DNA of 43,003 nt, taken from IMG/VR virus record IMGVR_UViG_641522624_000003; one strand, written 5' to 3'. Both the position numbers and the translations under genes were made by a program. Each line of letters starts with the position of its first letter. The first letter of the stretch is position 1. Shown here piece after piece: positions 26,366 to 37,627 of this stretch. Below the pieces are notes generated by a model. It saw only the letters and a list, made by a program, of their open reading frames with translations, ran no database searches and was not told the origin of the DNA. This DNA comes from a virus. Lineage: Duplodnaviria; Heunggongvirae; Uroviricota; Caudoviricetes.

Positions 26366-27070
26366 ATGTCCTCTAATTTTGAGCGTTCGCAACTGACGAA
26401 AATTATGATTTCGTCTGCACCGGTAACAGCAGAAACCCTGGATTCTGCCAGCTATCTTGGCCTGAGCTGTACAATCAAAGAGGTGCAGTTTACCGCAGGA
26501 CAAAAGCAGGATATTGATGTCACCACGCTGTGTTCTGTTGAGCAGGAAAATATTAACGGCCTTGGTGCCGCGTCAGAGATTTCCATGTCAGGCAACTTTT
26601 ACCTCAATGCTGCCCAGAACGCGTTGCGCAGTGCCTATGACAATGACACCACGTATGGCTTTAAAGTTATTTTTCCGTCAGGCAACGGATTTACCTTTAT
26701 GGCAGAGGTGCGTCAGCATACCTGGTCTGCAGGAACTAATGGTGTTGTGGCTGCAACGTTTTCCCTGCGCCTGAAAGGTAAACCTGTGCTGACGACAGAG
26801 CCGCTGAAAGTGAAGGTCGATTTAAACAGCACGCTGCAGGTTTCTGCCGGAGCGAAACTCGAAATGGTGGTTGAGGCTGCCGGTGGTGTGCCGCCTTATT
26901 CTTATGTCTGGAAGAAAGGTAGTTCTCCTGTTTCCGGACAGACGGCGGCAACATTCAGTAAGGCATCAGCAGCATCAGGTGATGCCGGTGCGTATACCTG
27001 CGAGATTTCTGATTCAGCAAGCCCTGTTAACAAGGTGACCTCCACTTCCTGCACTGTTACCGTCAGTTAA
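26366..27070 (+). CDS. Major tail protein with C-terminal Ig-like domain
   Basis: Start at MSSNFERS with AGGAG SD within track ORF 26315..27070; C-terminal about 90 aa resembles a bacterial Ig-like domain (...GGVPPYSYVWKKGSSPVSGQTAATFSKASAASGDAGAYTCEISD...). Confidence 0.65.
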   Translation: MSSNFERSQLTKIMISSAPVTAETLDSASYLGLSCTIKEVQFTAGQKQDIDVTTLCSVEQENINGLGAASEISMSGNFYLNAAQNALRSAYDNDTTYGFKVIFPSGNGFTFMAEVRQHTWSAGTNGVVAATFSLRLKGKPVLTTEPLKVKVDLNSTLQVSAGAKLEMVVEAAGGVPPYSYVWKKGSSPVSGQTAATFSKASAASGDAGAYTCEISDSASPVNKVTSTSCTVTVS

Positions 27071-27084
27071 TGAGGATAGATGTG

Positions 27085-27456
27085 ATGACTAAAAATATCC
27101 GCAATCTGGCACTGGCAACGATGTCGGGGTTTCGCCACAAAACTGTTGATGTGCCTGAATGGGAAGGGGCAACGGTTGTATTACGGGAACCTTCTGCAGA
27201 AGCCTGGTTGCGCTGGCAGGAGATCGTTAAAGCAAAAGATGATGAGACACCGTTATCCGTTGCGGAGCGCGCCCGCCGAAATCTGGAGGCAGATGTTGAA
27301 CTGTTCATTGATGTTCTGTGTGATACCGGACTGCAACCTGTATTTTCAGAGGATGATCGTGAACAGGTGATTGCCGTGTATGGCCCGGTGCATGCGCGGC
27401 TTCTTCGGCAGTCTCTGGAACTGATCAGTGATGCCGGCGAGGTTAAAAAAAAGTAG
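27085..27456 (+). CDS. Tail assembly chaperone (G-like, upstream frame)
   Basis: Track ORF 27070..27456; ends with a slippery A-run followed by TAG. Confidence 0.6.
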   Translation: MTKNIRNLALATMSGFRHKTVDVPEWEGATVVLREPSAEAWLRWQEIVKAKDDETPLSVAERARRNLEADVELFIDVLCDTGLQPVFSEDDREQVIAVYGPVHARLLRQSLELISDAGEVKKK

Positions 27457-27758
27457 AGCTTCCGGGGATGCGTTTTCTGATGATGCTGGCGCTCAGGATG
27501 GGGCGCACATTGTCAGAGTTACGCCGGGAAATGTCCGCATCAGAAATCATGATGTGGGCAGAATTTGACAGGTTCAGCCCGCTGGGTGACGAGCGGGCTG
27601 ATATCCGGGCTGCCCAGATAGTTTCTGCGGTTTACGGTGCGCAGGGTGTCAAAGTCCCACTGAATGATGCGCTTCTTCAGTGGGAACAAGAGCAGACAGA
27701 AGGCGTCTCAGATCCATTTGCCGGACTGGAAAACGCGCTTTTAATAGTGTCTCAGTGA
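27085..27758 (+). CDS. Tail assembly chaperone frameshift fusion product (GT-like)
   Basis: G-like frame joined via -1 slip at 27447-27453 to the downstream ORF (MRFLMMLALRMGRTLSELRREM...). Confidence 0.55.
27447..27453 (+). promoter_or_regulatory. Programmed -1 ribosomal frameshift slippery heptamer A AAA AAG (G to GT)
   Basis: The -1 frame opens exactly at 27447 (a TAA in that frame ends at 27446) and continues into track ORF 27468..27758. Confidence 0.65.
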
Positions 27759-27803
27759 GTCAACATAACCGCTTCGGCGGTTTTTTTCGTCCGGAGAACG
27801 AGT

Positions 27804-30800
27804 GTGGCGACATTACGTGAACTGATTATTAAAATCTCGGCAAATTCCCGGTCATTCCAGTCAGAGATCTCCCGGGCTTCGCGTATGGGGCAGGATTACT
27901 ACCGTACCATGCAGAACGGAGGCCGGCAGTCCGCTGCTGCATCCCGTGAAATGCGGCGTGCACTGGCAGAAGTGACGGATCAGATAAATACAGCTAAATC
28001 TTCGGCACTGAATATGGCGGGGGCATTTGCCGGAGCTTTTGCTACCGGTCATCTTATTTCTCTCGCCGATGAGTGGAATTCAGTAAATGCCCGTCTGAAG
28101 CAGGCTTCACAGTCCAGTGATGATTTTCGGGTATCACAACGTGAATTAATGGCAATCAGCCAGAGAACGGGAACGGCGTTTTCTGATAACGCCAGCCTTT
28201 TTGCCCGCTCTGCAGCTTCCATGCGGGAGTATGGCTACAGTTCTGAGGAGGTACTGAAAGTCACCGAGGCGATCTCCACGGGCCTGAAATTATCCGGTGC
28301 CAGTACAGCAGAAGCCAGTTCGGTGATCACGCAGTTCAGTCAGGCACTGGCGCAGGGAGTGCTGCGCGGTGAAGAATTTAACTCTGTGAATGAGAACGGC
28401 GATCGTGTTATTCGTGCGCTGGCTGCGGGAATGGGTGTTGCCCGTAAGGATCTGAAGGCCATGGCGGATAACGGAAAACTGACCGCCGATAAGGTTGTTC
28501 CTGCACTGATTAGTCAGCTTGGGGCGTTGCGTGATGAATATGCAGCAATGCCTGATACTGTTTCATCCTCTGCAACCAAAGTTGAAAACGCCTTTATGGC
28601 CTGGGTTGGTGGTGCGAACGAGGCAAGCGGAGTGACAAAGACACTCACCGGGGTGTTGAATGGTGTTGCAGACAATATTGATACCGTGGCTGCTGCAGCT
28701 GGCGCACTGGTTGCCGTCGGGGTAGCCCGATATTTTGGCAATATGGCGTCGTCTGCTGGATCTGCAACTGCCGGATTAATTACTGCAGCCAGAAACGAAG
28801 TGGCTCTTGCTGAAGCGCAACTTCGGGGGACACAGATAGCAACCGCCAGGGCGCGTGCGGCGGTTTATCGTGCGCAACAGGCGGTTGTTGCTGCTCGCGG
28901 TACCGAAAGGCAGGCCGCAGCAGAAGCGAAGCTGACAGCTGCCCAGGCGTCACTTACCCGTAATATTGCGGCCAGAACAGCGGCACAGACAACGCTGAAT
29001 ACTGTCACGTCAGTGGGGAGTCGTCTGTTAAGTGGTGCGCTGGGGTTGGTTGGTGGTGTGCCGGGACTAGTCATGCTGGGGGCGACGGCCTGGTACACGA
29101 TGTATCAGAATCAGGAGCAGGCCAGAGAATCTGCACGCCAGTATGCCGCAACAATCGACGAAATTCGCCAGAAAACGTCGGCAATGTCGCTTCCTGAAGC
29201 GTCAGATAATGAGGAAAAGACGCGGCAGGCACTTGATGAGCAAAACAGGTTAATTGACGAGCAGAAAAGTAAGATTAAATCCTTACAGGAAAAAATTGCT
29301 GGCTATCAGTATGTGCTGGCAAACCCGGGCTGGACAACCGATAACGGTTTTATGATTAACCACATGACGTCGGTAAAAACTGTCACAGAAGGGCTTGCAG
29401 AAGCAACAAATCAACTGGCAGTTGAACAGTCCCGTCTCACACAAATGCAGGGCAAAGCGCAATCCATTCAGGATGTGCTTGCCGGGCTGGAGGAGCGACG
29501 GGTGGCGTTGATCCGTCAACAGGCCGCGGAACAAAACAAAGCGTATCAGTCCCTGTTGATCATGAATGGGCAGCATACCGAGTTTAATCGCCTTCTCGGG
29601 CTCGGTAATGAATTACTTCAGCAGCGACAGGGGCTGGTGAATGTACCGTTACGGCTACCACAGGCAACCCTGGATGATAAACAGCAGACCGCACTGAATA
29701 ACAGCGAGCGCGAACTGGCTCTGTCCCGCCTGAAGGGGGAAGCCCGTGAGCGTGCCCGCCTGGGTTATGCTGCGGATGATCTCGGCTTTGTGGGAGAGGC
29801 GTATCAGACAGCCAGACAGAATTATATCAATAACTCACTGGATGCCTGGCGAAATAACCAGGCAAATAAACCCAAAGCGCATAAAAAGACCGAAGCGGAA
29901 AAAACAGAAGATATTTATAAACGGCTGATTAAACAGCAAAAAGAACAAATAGCACTGGCAGGGCAGAATACTGAACTGGCTAAGATGAAATATCAGGTCA
30001 GTCAGGGCGAATTATCAACCCTGTCAGAAGCGCAGAAAAAAACGCTTTTGCAGAATGCAGCACTCATCGACCAGAAAAAGATTCGTGAGCAGCTTGCTGC
30101 GTATGAGAGCAGTCTGGCGGACAGTAATGCCAGTGCCCGGGCATCTGACGAAGCGCAGTTGCTGGGATATGGTGAAGGCTCACGGATGCGTGAACGACTC
30201 CAGGAAATGTGGAGTATCCGGCAGGCGTTTGAGCAGAAAAATAACGAGCTGCTGAGACAGTATCAGGCCGGAGAAATTGAAGAAGCCCTGTGGAAACAGG
30301 AGAAAGAACTGAATAAAAAATATCTGGAAGAGCGTCTCAGCGATCAGCAGGATTATTATGCAAAGGCCGATGCTTTACGTAATAACTGGAATGCCGGACT
30401 CCAGGAGGGACTGACCAACTGGGCAGACAGTGCTACCGATTATGCTTCACAGGCGGCAGATGCTGTCGTTTCCACGATGGACGGGCTGGTATCAAATATT
30501 TCCGATGCACTGGCCGGGAATGTTGTGGACTGGAGGAACTGGGGGAGTTCAGTTCTCCGGGAAGTTTCAAAAATTCTGATGAATGCAGCCATTGTTAACG
30601 GACTGAAATCACTCTCCGGTGCCGGAGGGTGGCTTGGTACGGTCGGCGGATGGATTTCGGGGGCAGTGGCAAACGCAAAAGGTGGTGTTTACACATCGGC
30701 AAATCTGAGTGCTTACAGTAACACTATTGTGGATACACCGACGTATTTTGCTTTTGCGAAAGGTGCCGGGTTGATGGGCGAGGCCGGGCCTGAAGCAATC

Positions 30801-31031
30801 ATGCCACTGACACGGGCAGCGGACGGCTCTCTTGGGGTCAGGGCCATTGGAAATGTGAATGGTGGCGGTGGATTTGTTTATTCTCCCGTGTATCACATCA
30901 GCATTCAGAATCAAGGGAGCAATGGCGAGATAGATGCGCGCTCAGCCAGGGGACTGGTGGATCTGATCGACAGCAGGGTTGTGTCAATTATGCAGTCATC
31001 GCGTCGGGATGGAGGATTGTACAGTGCCTGA
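27804..31031 (+). CDS. Tail tape measure protein (lambda H-like)
   Basis: 1075-aa ORF, Ala/Gln-rich coiled-coil middle, C-terminal region resembling lambda H; followed by M, L, K, I, J homologues. Confidence 0.85.
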   Translation: MATLRELIIKISANSRSFQSEISRASRMGQDYYRTMQNGGRQSAAASREMRRALAEVTDQINTAKSSALNMAGAFAGAFATGHLISLADEWNSVNARLKQASQSSDDFRVSQRELMAISQRTGTAFSDNASLFARSAASMREYGYSSEEVLKVTEAISTGLKLSGASTAEASSVITQFSQALAQGVLRGEEFNSVNENGDRVIRALAAGMGVARKDLKAMADNGKLTADKVVPALISQLGALRDEYAAMPDTVSSSATKVENAFMAWVGGANEASGVTKTLTGVLNGVADNIDTVAAAAGALVAVGVARYFGNMASSAGSATAGLITAARNEVALAEAQLRGTQIATARARAAVYRAQQAVVAARGTERQAAAEAKLTAAQASLTRNIAARTAAQTTLNTVTSVGSRLLSGALGLVGGVPGLVMLGATAWYTMYQNQEQARESARQYAATIDEIRQKTSAMSLPEASDNEEKTRQALDEQNRLIDEQKSKIKSLQEKIAGYQYVLANPGWTTDNGFMINHMTSVKTVTEGLAEATNQLAVEQSRLTQMQGKAQSIQDVLAGLEERRVALIRQQAAEQNKAYQSLLIMNGQHTEFNRLLGLGNELLQQRQGLVNVPLRLPQATLDDKQQTALNNSERELALSRLKGEARERARLGYAADDLGFVGEAYQTARQNYINNSLDAWRNNQANKPKAHKKTEAEKTEDIYKRLIKQQKEQIALAGQNTELAKMKYQVSQGELSTLSEAQKKTLLQNAALIDQKKIREQLAAYESSLADSNASARASDEAQLLGYGEGSRMRERLQEMWSIRQAFEQKNNELLRQYQAGEIEEALWKQEKELNKKYLEERLSDQQDYYAKADALRNNWNAGLQEGLTNWADSATDYASQAADAVVSTMDGLVSNISDALAGNVVDWRNWGSSVLREVSKILMNAAIVNGLKSLSGAGGWLGTVGGWISGAVANAKGGVYTSANLSAYSNTIVDTPTYFAFAKGAGLMGEAGPEAIMPLTRAADGSLGVRAIGNVNGGGGFVYSPVYHISIQNQGSNGEIDARSARGLVDLIDSRVVSIMQSSRRDGGLYSA

Positions 31032-31365
31032 GCCTGAAGTTTTTAACTGGATCCCCCGTGAGGGGATGGAGACGACACGAAAGCCATCAGTTATTACGGT
31101 AAAGTTTGGTGACGGATATGAACAGCGACGGGCTGGTGGTCTGAATGCGGATCTGAAAACGTTTAAACCGGTATTTCGTGTCACAGATGAATATTCCCGT
31201 GCCGCGCTGGACAGTTTTTTATCCCGTCATGCCGGGATTCGTGCTTTTTTGTGGCGTCCGCCAAAACACAACAGGACTGTCCGGGTTGTCTGCAGGGAGT
31301 GGAGCATTTCGGATAATGCCATGTATACCGATTTTAACTGTACCTTTGAAGAGGTCACTCACTGA
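31024..31365 (+). CDS. Minor tail protein M-like
   Basis: Track ORF 30979..31365; GTG 31024 with GGAGGA SD; product (...VKFGDGYEQRRAGGLNADLKTF...WRPP...) parallels recalled lambda M. Confidence 0.7.
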   Translation: MPEPEVFNWIPREGMETTRKPSVITVKFGDGYEQRRAGGLNADLKTFKPVFRVTDEYSRAALDSFLSRHAGIRAFLWRPPKHNRTVRVVCREWSISDNAMYTDFNCTFEEVTH

Positions 31366-32063
31366 TGCAGGATATACAGCAGGATACACTCAATGAGTGC
31401 ACTAAAACGGAGCAATCCGCGCTGGTCGTGCTCTGGGAAATTGATCTGACAGAGGTCGGCGGAGATCGTTATTTCTTCTGTAATGAGCAGAACGAAAAAG
31501 GTGAACCAGTCACCTGGCAGGGGCGGCAGTATCAGGCTTATCCCATTCAGGGAAGCGGATTTGAGATGAACGGCAAAGGAGCCAGTGCAAGGCCAACGCT
31601 TAAAGTCTCTAACCTGTACGGCATGGTCACCGGGATGGCGGAAGATCTGCAGAGTCTGGTCGGCGGAACGGTGGTCCGGCGTAAGGTTTACGCCCGTTTT
31701 CTGGATGCGGTGAACTTCGTCAACGGAAACAGTGACGCCGATCCGGAGCAGGAGGTGATCAGCCGCTGGCGCATCGAACAGTGCAGCGAACTGAGCGCGG
31801 TGAGTGCCTCTTTTGTGCTGTCCACACCGACGGAAACGGATGGCGCTGTTTTTCCGGGGCGCATCATGCTGGCCAACACCTGCACCTGGATCTACCGCGG
31901 CGATGAGTGCGGTTATGATGGCCCGGCGGTCGCGGATGAATATGACCAGCCAACGTCCGATATCACGAAGGATAAGTGCAGCAAATGCCTGAGTGGTTGC
32001 AAGTTCCGCAATAATGTCGGCAATTTTGGCGGCTACCTTTCCATTAACAAACTTTCGCAGTAA
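31365..32063 (+). CDS. Minor tail protein L-like
   Basis: 232-aa ORF with C-terminal Cys cluster (CSKCLSGCKFRNNVGNFGG) as in lambda L. Confidence 0.8.
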   Translation: MQDIQQDTLNECTKTEQSALVVLWEIDLTEVGGDRYFFCNEQNEKGEPVTWQGRQYQAYPIQGSGFEMNGKGASARPTLKVSNLYGMVTGMAEDLQSLVGGTVVRRKVYARFLDAVNFVNGNSDADPEQEVISRWRIEQCSELSAVSASFVLSTPTETDGAVFPGRIMLANTCTWIYRGDECGYDGPAVADEYDQPTSDITKDKCSKCLSGCKFRNNVGNFGGYLSINKLSQ

Positions 32064-32067
32064 ACCC

Positions 32068-32811
32068 ATGACAGAGACAGAATCAGCGATTCTGGCGCAC
32101 GCCCGGCGATGTGCGCCAGCGGAGTCGTGCGGCTTCGTGGTGAGAACGCCGGAGGGGGTCAGATATTTTCCCTGCGTGAATATCTCCGGTGAGCCGGAGG
32201 CGTATTTCCGGATGTCGCCGGAGGACTGGCTGCGTGCACAAATGCAGGGGGAGGTTGTGGCACTGGTCCACAGCCACCCCGGTGGTCTGCCCTGGCTGAG
32301 TGAGGCTGACAGGCGGCTGCAGGTGCAGAGTGATTTGCCGTGGTGGCTGGTCTGCCGGGGGGCGATTCACAAGTTCCGCTGTGTGCCACATCTTACCGGG
32401 CGGCGCTTTGAGCACGGGGTGACGGACTGTTACACGCTGTTCCGGGATGCATACCATCTGGCGGAAATTGAGATGCCGGATTTTTATCGCGGGGATGACT
32501 GGTGGCGTAACGGCCAGAATCTCTATCTTGAAAATATGGAGGCGACTGGTTTTTACCGTGTCGCACTGACAGAGGCGCAGCCGGGCGATGTGCTGCTGTG
32601 CTGTTTTGGTTCATCGGTGCCGAATCATGCCGCCATTTACTGCGGCGACGGCGAGCTGCTGCACCATATTCCTGAACAACTGAGCAAACGAGAGAGGTAT
32701 ACCGACAAATGGCAGCGACGCACACACTCCCTCTGGCGTCACCGGGCATGGCACGCATCTGCCTTTACGGGAATTTACAACGATTTGGCCGCCGCATCGA
32801 CCTTCGTGTGA
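32068..32811 (+). CDS. Tail assembly protein K-like (JAB/MPN and NlpC/P60-like regions)
   Basis: Start at MTETESAILAHARRCAPAESCGFVV within track ORF 31993..32811; strongly matches recalled lambda K. Confidence 0.8.
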   Translation: MTETESAILAHARRCAPAESCGFVVRTPEGVRYFPCVNISGEPEAYFRMSPEDWLRAQMQGEVVALVHSHPGGLPWLSEADRRLQVQSDLPWWLVCRGAIHKFRCVPHLTGRRFEHGVTDCYTLFRDAYHLAEIEMPDFYRGDDWWRNGQNLYLENMEATGFYRVALTEAQPGDVLLCCFGSSVPNHAAIYCGDGELLHHIPEQLSKRERYTDKWQRRTHSLWRHRAWHASAFTGIYNDLAAASTFV

Positions 32812-33356
32812 AAACGGGGGCCGAAGCCATCCGGGCGCTGGCCATGCAGATCCCGGCGTTTCGTCAGAAACTGAGTGACGGCTGGTATCAGGTACGGATT
32901 GCCGGGCGTGATGCAGGTGAAACCGAATTGTCTGCCCGTCTTAATGAGCCGCTGGCAAATGGTGCCGTGATCCACATCGTTCCGCGTCTGGAGGGGGCCA
33001 AAAGTGGCGGTGTGTTTCAGGCGGTGCTGGGTGCGGCGCTGATTGCGGTGGCATGGTGGAACCCTGTAGGCTGGCTGGGGGCCGCGGCTGTATCGGGTAT
33101 GTATGCAGCAGGGGCCAGTATGATCCTGGGTGGTGTGGCGCAGATGCTGGCACCGAAAGCCCGGACGCCCACGGCAGCCAGTACAGATAACGGCAAACAG
33201 AACACGTATTTCTCGTCACTGGATAACATGGTTGCCCAGGGCAATGTTCTGCCCGTTCTGTACGGTGAAATGCGTGTGGGGTCGCGGGTGGTATCTCAGG
33301 AGATCAGCACGGCAGATGAAGGTGATGGTGGTCAGGTTGTGGTGATTGGTCGCTGA
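32709..33356 (+). CDS. Tail assembly protein I-like
   Basis: 215-aa ORF MAATHTLPLASPGMARICLYG...QVVVIGR matching recalled lambda I; overlaps the K 3' end. Confidence 0.8.
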   Translation: MAATHTLPLASPGMARICLYGNLQRFGRRIDLRVKTGAEAIRALAMQIPAFRQKLSDGWYQVRIAGRDAGETELSARLNEPLANGAVIHIVPRLEGAKSGGVFQAVLGAALIAVAWWNPVGWLGAAAVSGMYAAGASMILGGVAQMLAPKARTPTAASTDNGKQNTYFSSLDNMVAQGNVLPVLYGEMRVGSRVVSQEISTADEGDGGQVVVIGR

Positions 33357-33416
33357 TGAAAAATGTTTTATGTGAAACCGCCTGCGGGCGGTTTTGTCGT
33401 TTATGGAGCGTGAGGA

Positions 33417-36400
33417 ATGGGTAAAGGCAGCAGTAAGGGGCATACCCCGCGCGAAGCGAAGGACAACCTGAAGTCCACGCAGTTGCTGAGTGTGATCGAT
33501 GCCATCAGCGAAGGGCCGATTGACGGTCCGGTGGATGGATTAAAAAGCGTGCTGCTGAACAGTACGCCAGTGCTGGACAGTGAGGGGAATACCAATATCT
33601 CCGGTGTCACGGTGGTGTTCCGGGCAGGTGAGCAGGAGCAGACACCGCCGGAGGGATTTGAATCCTCCGGCTCCGAGACGGTGCTGGGTACGGAAGTGAA
33701 ATACGACACGCCGATCACCCGGACCATCACGTCGGCAAACATTGACCGACTGCGTTTTACCTTCGGCGTGCAGGCACTGGTGGAAACCACCTCAAAGGGG
33801 GACAGGAATCCGTCGGAAGTCCGCCTGCTGGTTCAGATACAACGTAACGGTGGCTGGGTGACGGAAAAAGACATCACCATTAAAGGCAAAACCACCTCAC
33901 AGTATCTGGCCTCGGTGGTGGTGGATAACCTGCCGCCGCGCCCGTTTAATATCCGGATGCGCAGGATGACGCCGGACAGCACCACAGACCAGCTGCAGAA
34001 CAAAACGCTCTGGTCGTCATACACCGAAATTATCGATGTGAAACAGTGCTACCCGAACACGGCACTGGTCGGCGTGCAGGTGGATTCGGAGCAGTTCGGC
34101 AGCCAGCAGGTGAGCCGTAATTATCATCTGCGCGGGCGTATTCTGCAGGTGCCGTCGAATTATAATCCGCAGACGCGGCAATACAGCGGTATCTGGGACG
34201 GAACGTTTAAACCGGCATACAGCAACAACATGGCATGGTGTCTGTGGGATATGCTGACCCACCCGCGCTACGGCATGGGGAAACGTCTTGGTGCGGCGGA
34301 TGTGGACAAATGGGCGCTGTATGTCATCGGCCAGTATTGCGACCAGTCGGTGCCGGACGGTTTTGGCGGCACGGAGCCGCGCATCACCTGTAACGCTTAC
34401 CTGACCACACAGCGTAAGGCGTGGGATGTGCTCAGTGATTTCTGCTCGGCGATGCGCTGTATGCCGGTATGGAACGGGCAGACGCTGACGTTCGTGCAGG
34501 ACCGACCGTCGGATAAGGTGTGGACCTATAACCGCAGTAATGTGGTGATGCCGGATGATGGCGCGCCGTTCCGCTACAGTTTCAGCGCCCTGAAGGACCG
34601 CCATAATGCCGTTGAGGTGAACTGGATTGACCCGGATAACGGCTGGGAAACGGCAACAGAGCTTGTGGAGGACACGCAGGCCATTGCCCGTTACGGTCGT
34701 AATGTCACGAAGATGGATGCCTTTGGCTGTACCAGTCGGGGGCAGGCGCACCGCGCCGGGCTGTGGCTGATTAAAACGGAACTGCTGGAAACGCAGACCG
34801 TGGACTTCAGCGTGGGTGCGGAAGGGCTTCGCCATGTACCGGGGGATGTCATTGAAATCTGCGATGATGACTATGCGGGTATCAGCACCGGCGGGCGCGT
34901 GCTGGCGGTGAACAGCCAGACCCGGACGCTGACGCTCGACCGTGAAATCACGCTGCCATCCTCCGGTATCACGCTGATAAGCCTGGTTGACGGAAGTGGC
35001 AATCCGGTCAGCGTGGAGGTTCAGTCCGTCACCGACGGCGTGAAGGTAAAAGTGAGCCGTGTTCCTGACGGTGTTGCTGAATACAGCGTATGGGGGCTGA
35101 AGCTGCCGACGCTGCGCCAGCGACTGTTCCGCTGCGTGAGTATCCGTGAGAACGACGACGGCACGTATGCCATCACTGCCGTGCAGCATGTACCGGAGAA
35201 AGAAGCCATCGTGGATAACGGGGCGTACTTTGACGGCGACCAGAGCGGAACGGTGAACGGTGTCACGCCGCCCGCGGTGCAGCACCTGACTGCAGAAGTC
35301 ACCGCAGACAGCGGGGAATACCAGGTGCTGGCGCGCTGGGACACGCCGAAGGTGGTGAAGGGGGTGAGCTTTATGCTTCGCCTGACCGTGGCAGCGGATG
35401 ACGGCAGTGAGCGGCTGGTCAGCACGGCCAGGACGACGGAAACCACATACCGCTTCAGGCAACTGGCGCTGGGGCGTTACACGCTGACGGTCCGGGCGGT
35501 AAATGCGTGGGGACAGCAGGGCGATCCGGCATCGGTATCGTTCCGGATTGCCGCACCGGCAGCGCCGTCGCGGATTGAGCTGACGCCGGGCTATTTTCAG
35601 ATAACTGCCACGCCGCATCTTGCGGTTTATGATCCGACGGTACAGTTTGAGTTCTGGTTCTCGGAAAAGCGGATTGCGGATATCAGGCAGGTTGAAGCCA
35701 GCGCGCGTTATCTTGGTACGGCGCTGTACTGGATAGCCGCCAGTATCAATATCAAACCGGGCCATGATTATTATTTTTACATTCGCAGTGTGAACACCGT
35801 TGGCAAATCGGCATTCGTGGAGGCTGTTGGCCAGCCGAGTGATGATGCATCCGGCTATCTGGATTTTTTCAAAGGCGAGATAGGGAAAACCCATCTGGCT
35901 CAGGAGCTGTGGACGCAGATTGATAACGGTCAGCTTGCGCCTGACCTGGCTGAAATCAGGACGTCCATTACGGATGTCAGCAATGAAGTCACGCAGACCG
36001 TCAATAAGAAACTGGAAGACCAGAGTGCGGCAATTCAGCAGATACAGAAGGTTCAGGTTGATACAAATAATAACCTGAACAGCATGTGGGCTGTGAAGCT
36101 GCAGCAGATGCAGGACGGACGCCTTTATATCGCGGGTATTGGTGCCGGTATTGAGAATACCCCTGACGGCATGCAGAGTCAGGTGCTGCTGGCGGCGGAC
36201 AGGATTGCGATGGTTAATCCTGCGAATGGCAACACAAAGCCGATGTTTGTTGGTCAGGGCGATCAGATATTCATGAACGAAGTGTTCCTGAAATATCTGA
36301 CGGCTCCCACCATTACCAGCGGCGGTAATCCTCCGGCATTTTCCCTGACACCGGACGGGCGGCTGACGGCGAAAAATGCCGATATCAGCGGTAACGTGAA

Positions 36401-36896
36401 TGCGAACTCCGGGACGCTCAACAACGTCACGATTAACGAGAACTGCCGGGTTCTGGGAAAACTGTCCGCGAACCAGATTGAAGGCGATCTCGTTAAAACA
36501 GTGGGCAAAGCTTTCCCCCGGGACTCCCGTGCACCGGAACGCTGGCCATCAGGGACCATTACCGTCAGGATTTATGACGATCAGCCGTTTGACCGGCAGA
36601 TTGTTATTCCGGCGGTGGCATTCAGCGGCGCTAAGCATGAGAGAGAGCATACTGATATTTACTCCTCATGCCGTCTGATAGTGCGGAAAAACGGTGCTGA
36701 AATTTATAACCGTACCGCGCTGGATAATACGCTGATTTACAGTGGCGTTATTGATATGCCTGCCGGTCACGGTCACATGACGCTGGAGTTTTCGGTGTCA
36801 GCATGGCTGGTAAATGACTGGTATCCCACAGCAAGTATCAGCGATTTGCTGGTTGTGGTGATGAAGAAAGCCACCGCAGGCATCAGTATCAGCTGA
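33417..36896 (+). CDS. Host specificity / central tail fibre protein J
   Basis: 1159-aa ORF beginning [35 protein letters not shown]..., near-collinear with recalled lambda J. Confidence 0.9.
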   Translation: MGKGSSKGHTPREAKDNLKSTQLLSVIDAISEGPIDGPVDGLKSVLLNSTPVLDSEGNTNISGVTVVFRAGEQEQTPPEGFESSGSETVLGTEVKYDTPITRTITSANIDRLRFTFGVQALVETTSKGDRNPSEVRLLVQIQRNGGWVTEKDITIKGKTTSQYLASVVVDNLPPRPFNIRMRRMTPDSTTDQLQNKTLWSSYTEIIDVKQCYPNTALVGVQVDSEQFGSQQVSRNYHLRGRILQVPSNYNPQTRQYSGIWDGTFKPAYSNNMAWCLWDMLTHPRYGMGKRLGAADVDKWALYVIGQYCDQSVPDGFGGTEPRITCNAYLTTQRKAWDVLSDFCSAMRCMPVWNGQTLTFVQDRPSDKVWTYNRSNVVMPDDGAPFRYSFSALKDRHNAVEVNWIDPDNGWETATELVEDTQAIARYGRNVTKMDAFGCTSRGQAHRAGLWLIKTELLETQTVDFSVGAEGLRHVPGDVIEICDDDYAGISTGGRVLAVNSQTRTLTLDREITLPSSGITLISLVDGSGNPVSVEVQSVTDGVKVKVSRVPDGVAEYSVWGLKLPTLRQRLFRCVSIRENDDGTYAITAVQHVPEKEAIVDNGAYFDGDQSGTVNGVTPPAVQHLTAEVTADSGEYQVLARWDTPKVVKGVSFMLRLTVAADDGSERLVSTARTTETTYRFRQLALGRYTLTVRAVNAWGQQGDPASVSFRIAAPAAPSRIELTPGYFQITATPHLAVYDPTVQFEFWFSEKRIADIRQVEASARYLGTALYWIAASINIKPGHDYYFYIRSVNTVGKSAFVEAVGQPSDDASGYLDFFKGEIGKTHLAQELWTQIDNGQLAPDLAEIRTSITDVSNEVTQTVNKKLEDQSAAIQQIQKVQVDTNNNLNSMWAVKLQQMQDGRLYIAGIGAGIENTPDGMQSQVLLAADRIAMVNPANGNTKPMFVGQGDQIFMNEVFLKYLTAPTITSGGNPPAFSLTPDGRLTAKNADISGNVNANSGTLNNVTINENCRVLGKLSANQIEGDLVKTVGKAFPRDSRAPERWPSGTITVRIYDDQPFDRQIVIPAVAFSGAKHEREHTDIYSSCRLIVRKNGAEIYNRTALDNTLIYSGVIDMPAGHGHMTLEFSVSAWLVNDWYPTASISDLLVVVMKKATAGISIS

Positions 36897-36915
36897 ATTT
36901 TATAACCCCAATACG

Positions 36916-36939
36916 GGCGTCAGAAATGACGCCTTTTTT
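36916..36939 (+). terminator. Rho-independent terminator between J and lom
   Basis: GGCGTCA-GAAA-TGACGCC followed by TTTTTT. Confidence 0.6.
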
Positions 36940-36963
36940 ATTGCAGAAAAGCGAGAGGTAATT

Positions 36964-37563
36964 ATGCGTAAATTATGTGCTGTTATTCTGTCCGCAGTAG
37001 TCTGGCTGGTTGCCGCTGGTACGCCAGCGAGCGCAGCAGAGCATCAGTCCACACTAAGCGCCGGGTATCTTCAGACCCATACTGATATGCCAGGCAGTGA
37101 TGACCTGAAGGGCATTAACGTGAAATACCGTTATGAATTTACGGACACGCTGGGGCTGGTGACGTCATTCAGTTATGCCAATGCCAAAGATGAGCAAAAA
37201 ACGCATTACAGCGATACCCGCTGGCATGAAGATTCAGTGCGTAACCGCTGGTTCAGCATGATGGCGGGGCCATCTGTACGCGTGAATGAATGGTTCAGTG
37301 CTTATGCGATGGCAGGTGTGGCTTACAGCCGTGTTTCGACGTTCTCCGGGGATTATCTCCGCGTAACTGACAACAAGGGGAAAACGCACGATGTGCTGAC
37401 CGGAAGTGATGACGGTCGCCACAGCAACACGTCTCTGGCGTGGGGAGCTGGCGTGCAGTTTAACCCGACCGAATCCGTGGCCATTGATATTGCTTATGAA
37501 GGCTCCGGCAGTGGTGACTGGCGCACTGACGGTTTCATCGTGGGTGTCGGTTATAAATTCTGA
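36964..37563 (+). CDS. lom: Lom-like outer membrane protein (Ail/Lom family)
   Basis: 199-aa ORF with signal peptide and C-terminal F (beta-barrel OMP signature), matching recalled Lom. Confidence 0.85.
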   Translation: MRKLCAVILSAVVWLVAAGTPASAAEHQSTLSAGYLQTHTDMPGSDDLKGINVKYRYEFTDTLGLVTSFSYANAKDEQKTHYSDTRWHEDSVRNRWFSMMAGPSVRVNEWFSAYAMAGVAYSRVSTFSGDYLRVTDNKGKTHDVLTGSDDGRHSNTSLAWGAGVQFNPTESVAIDIAYEGSGSGDWRTDGFIVGVGYKF

Positions 37564-37589
37564 TTAGCCAGGTAACACAGTGTTATGAC

Positions 37590-37617
37590 AGCCCGCCGGT
37601 TCAGGCGGGCTTTTTTG
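37590..37617 (+). terminator. Rho-independent terminator after lom
   Basis: AGCCCGCC-GGTTC-GGCGGGCT followed by TTTTTT. Confidence 0.6.
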
Positions 37618-37627
37618 TGGAGTGGAT

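Noticed and set aside
34017-35894. 625-aa minus-strand ORF inside the J gene
   Set aside because: Antisense to a clearly recognisable J-protein ORF; Arg/His/Pro-rich low-complexity translation typical of a GC-rich antisense frame.
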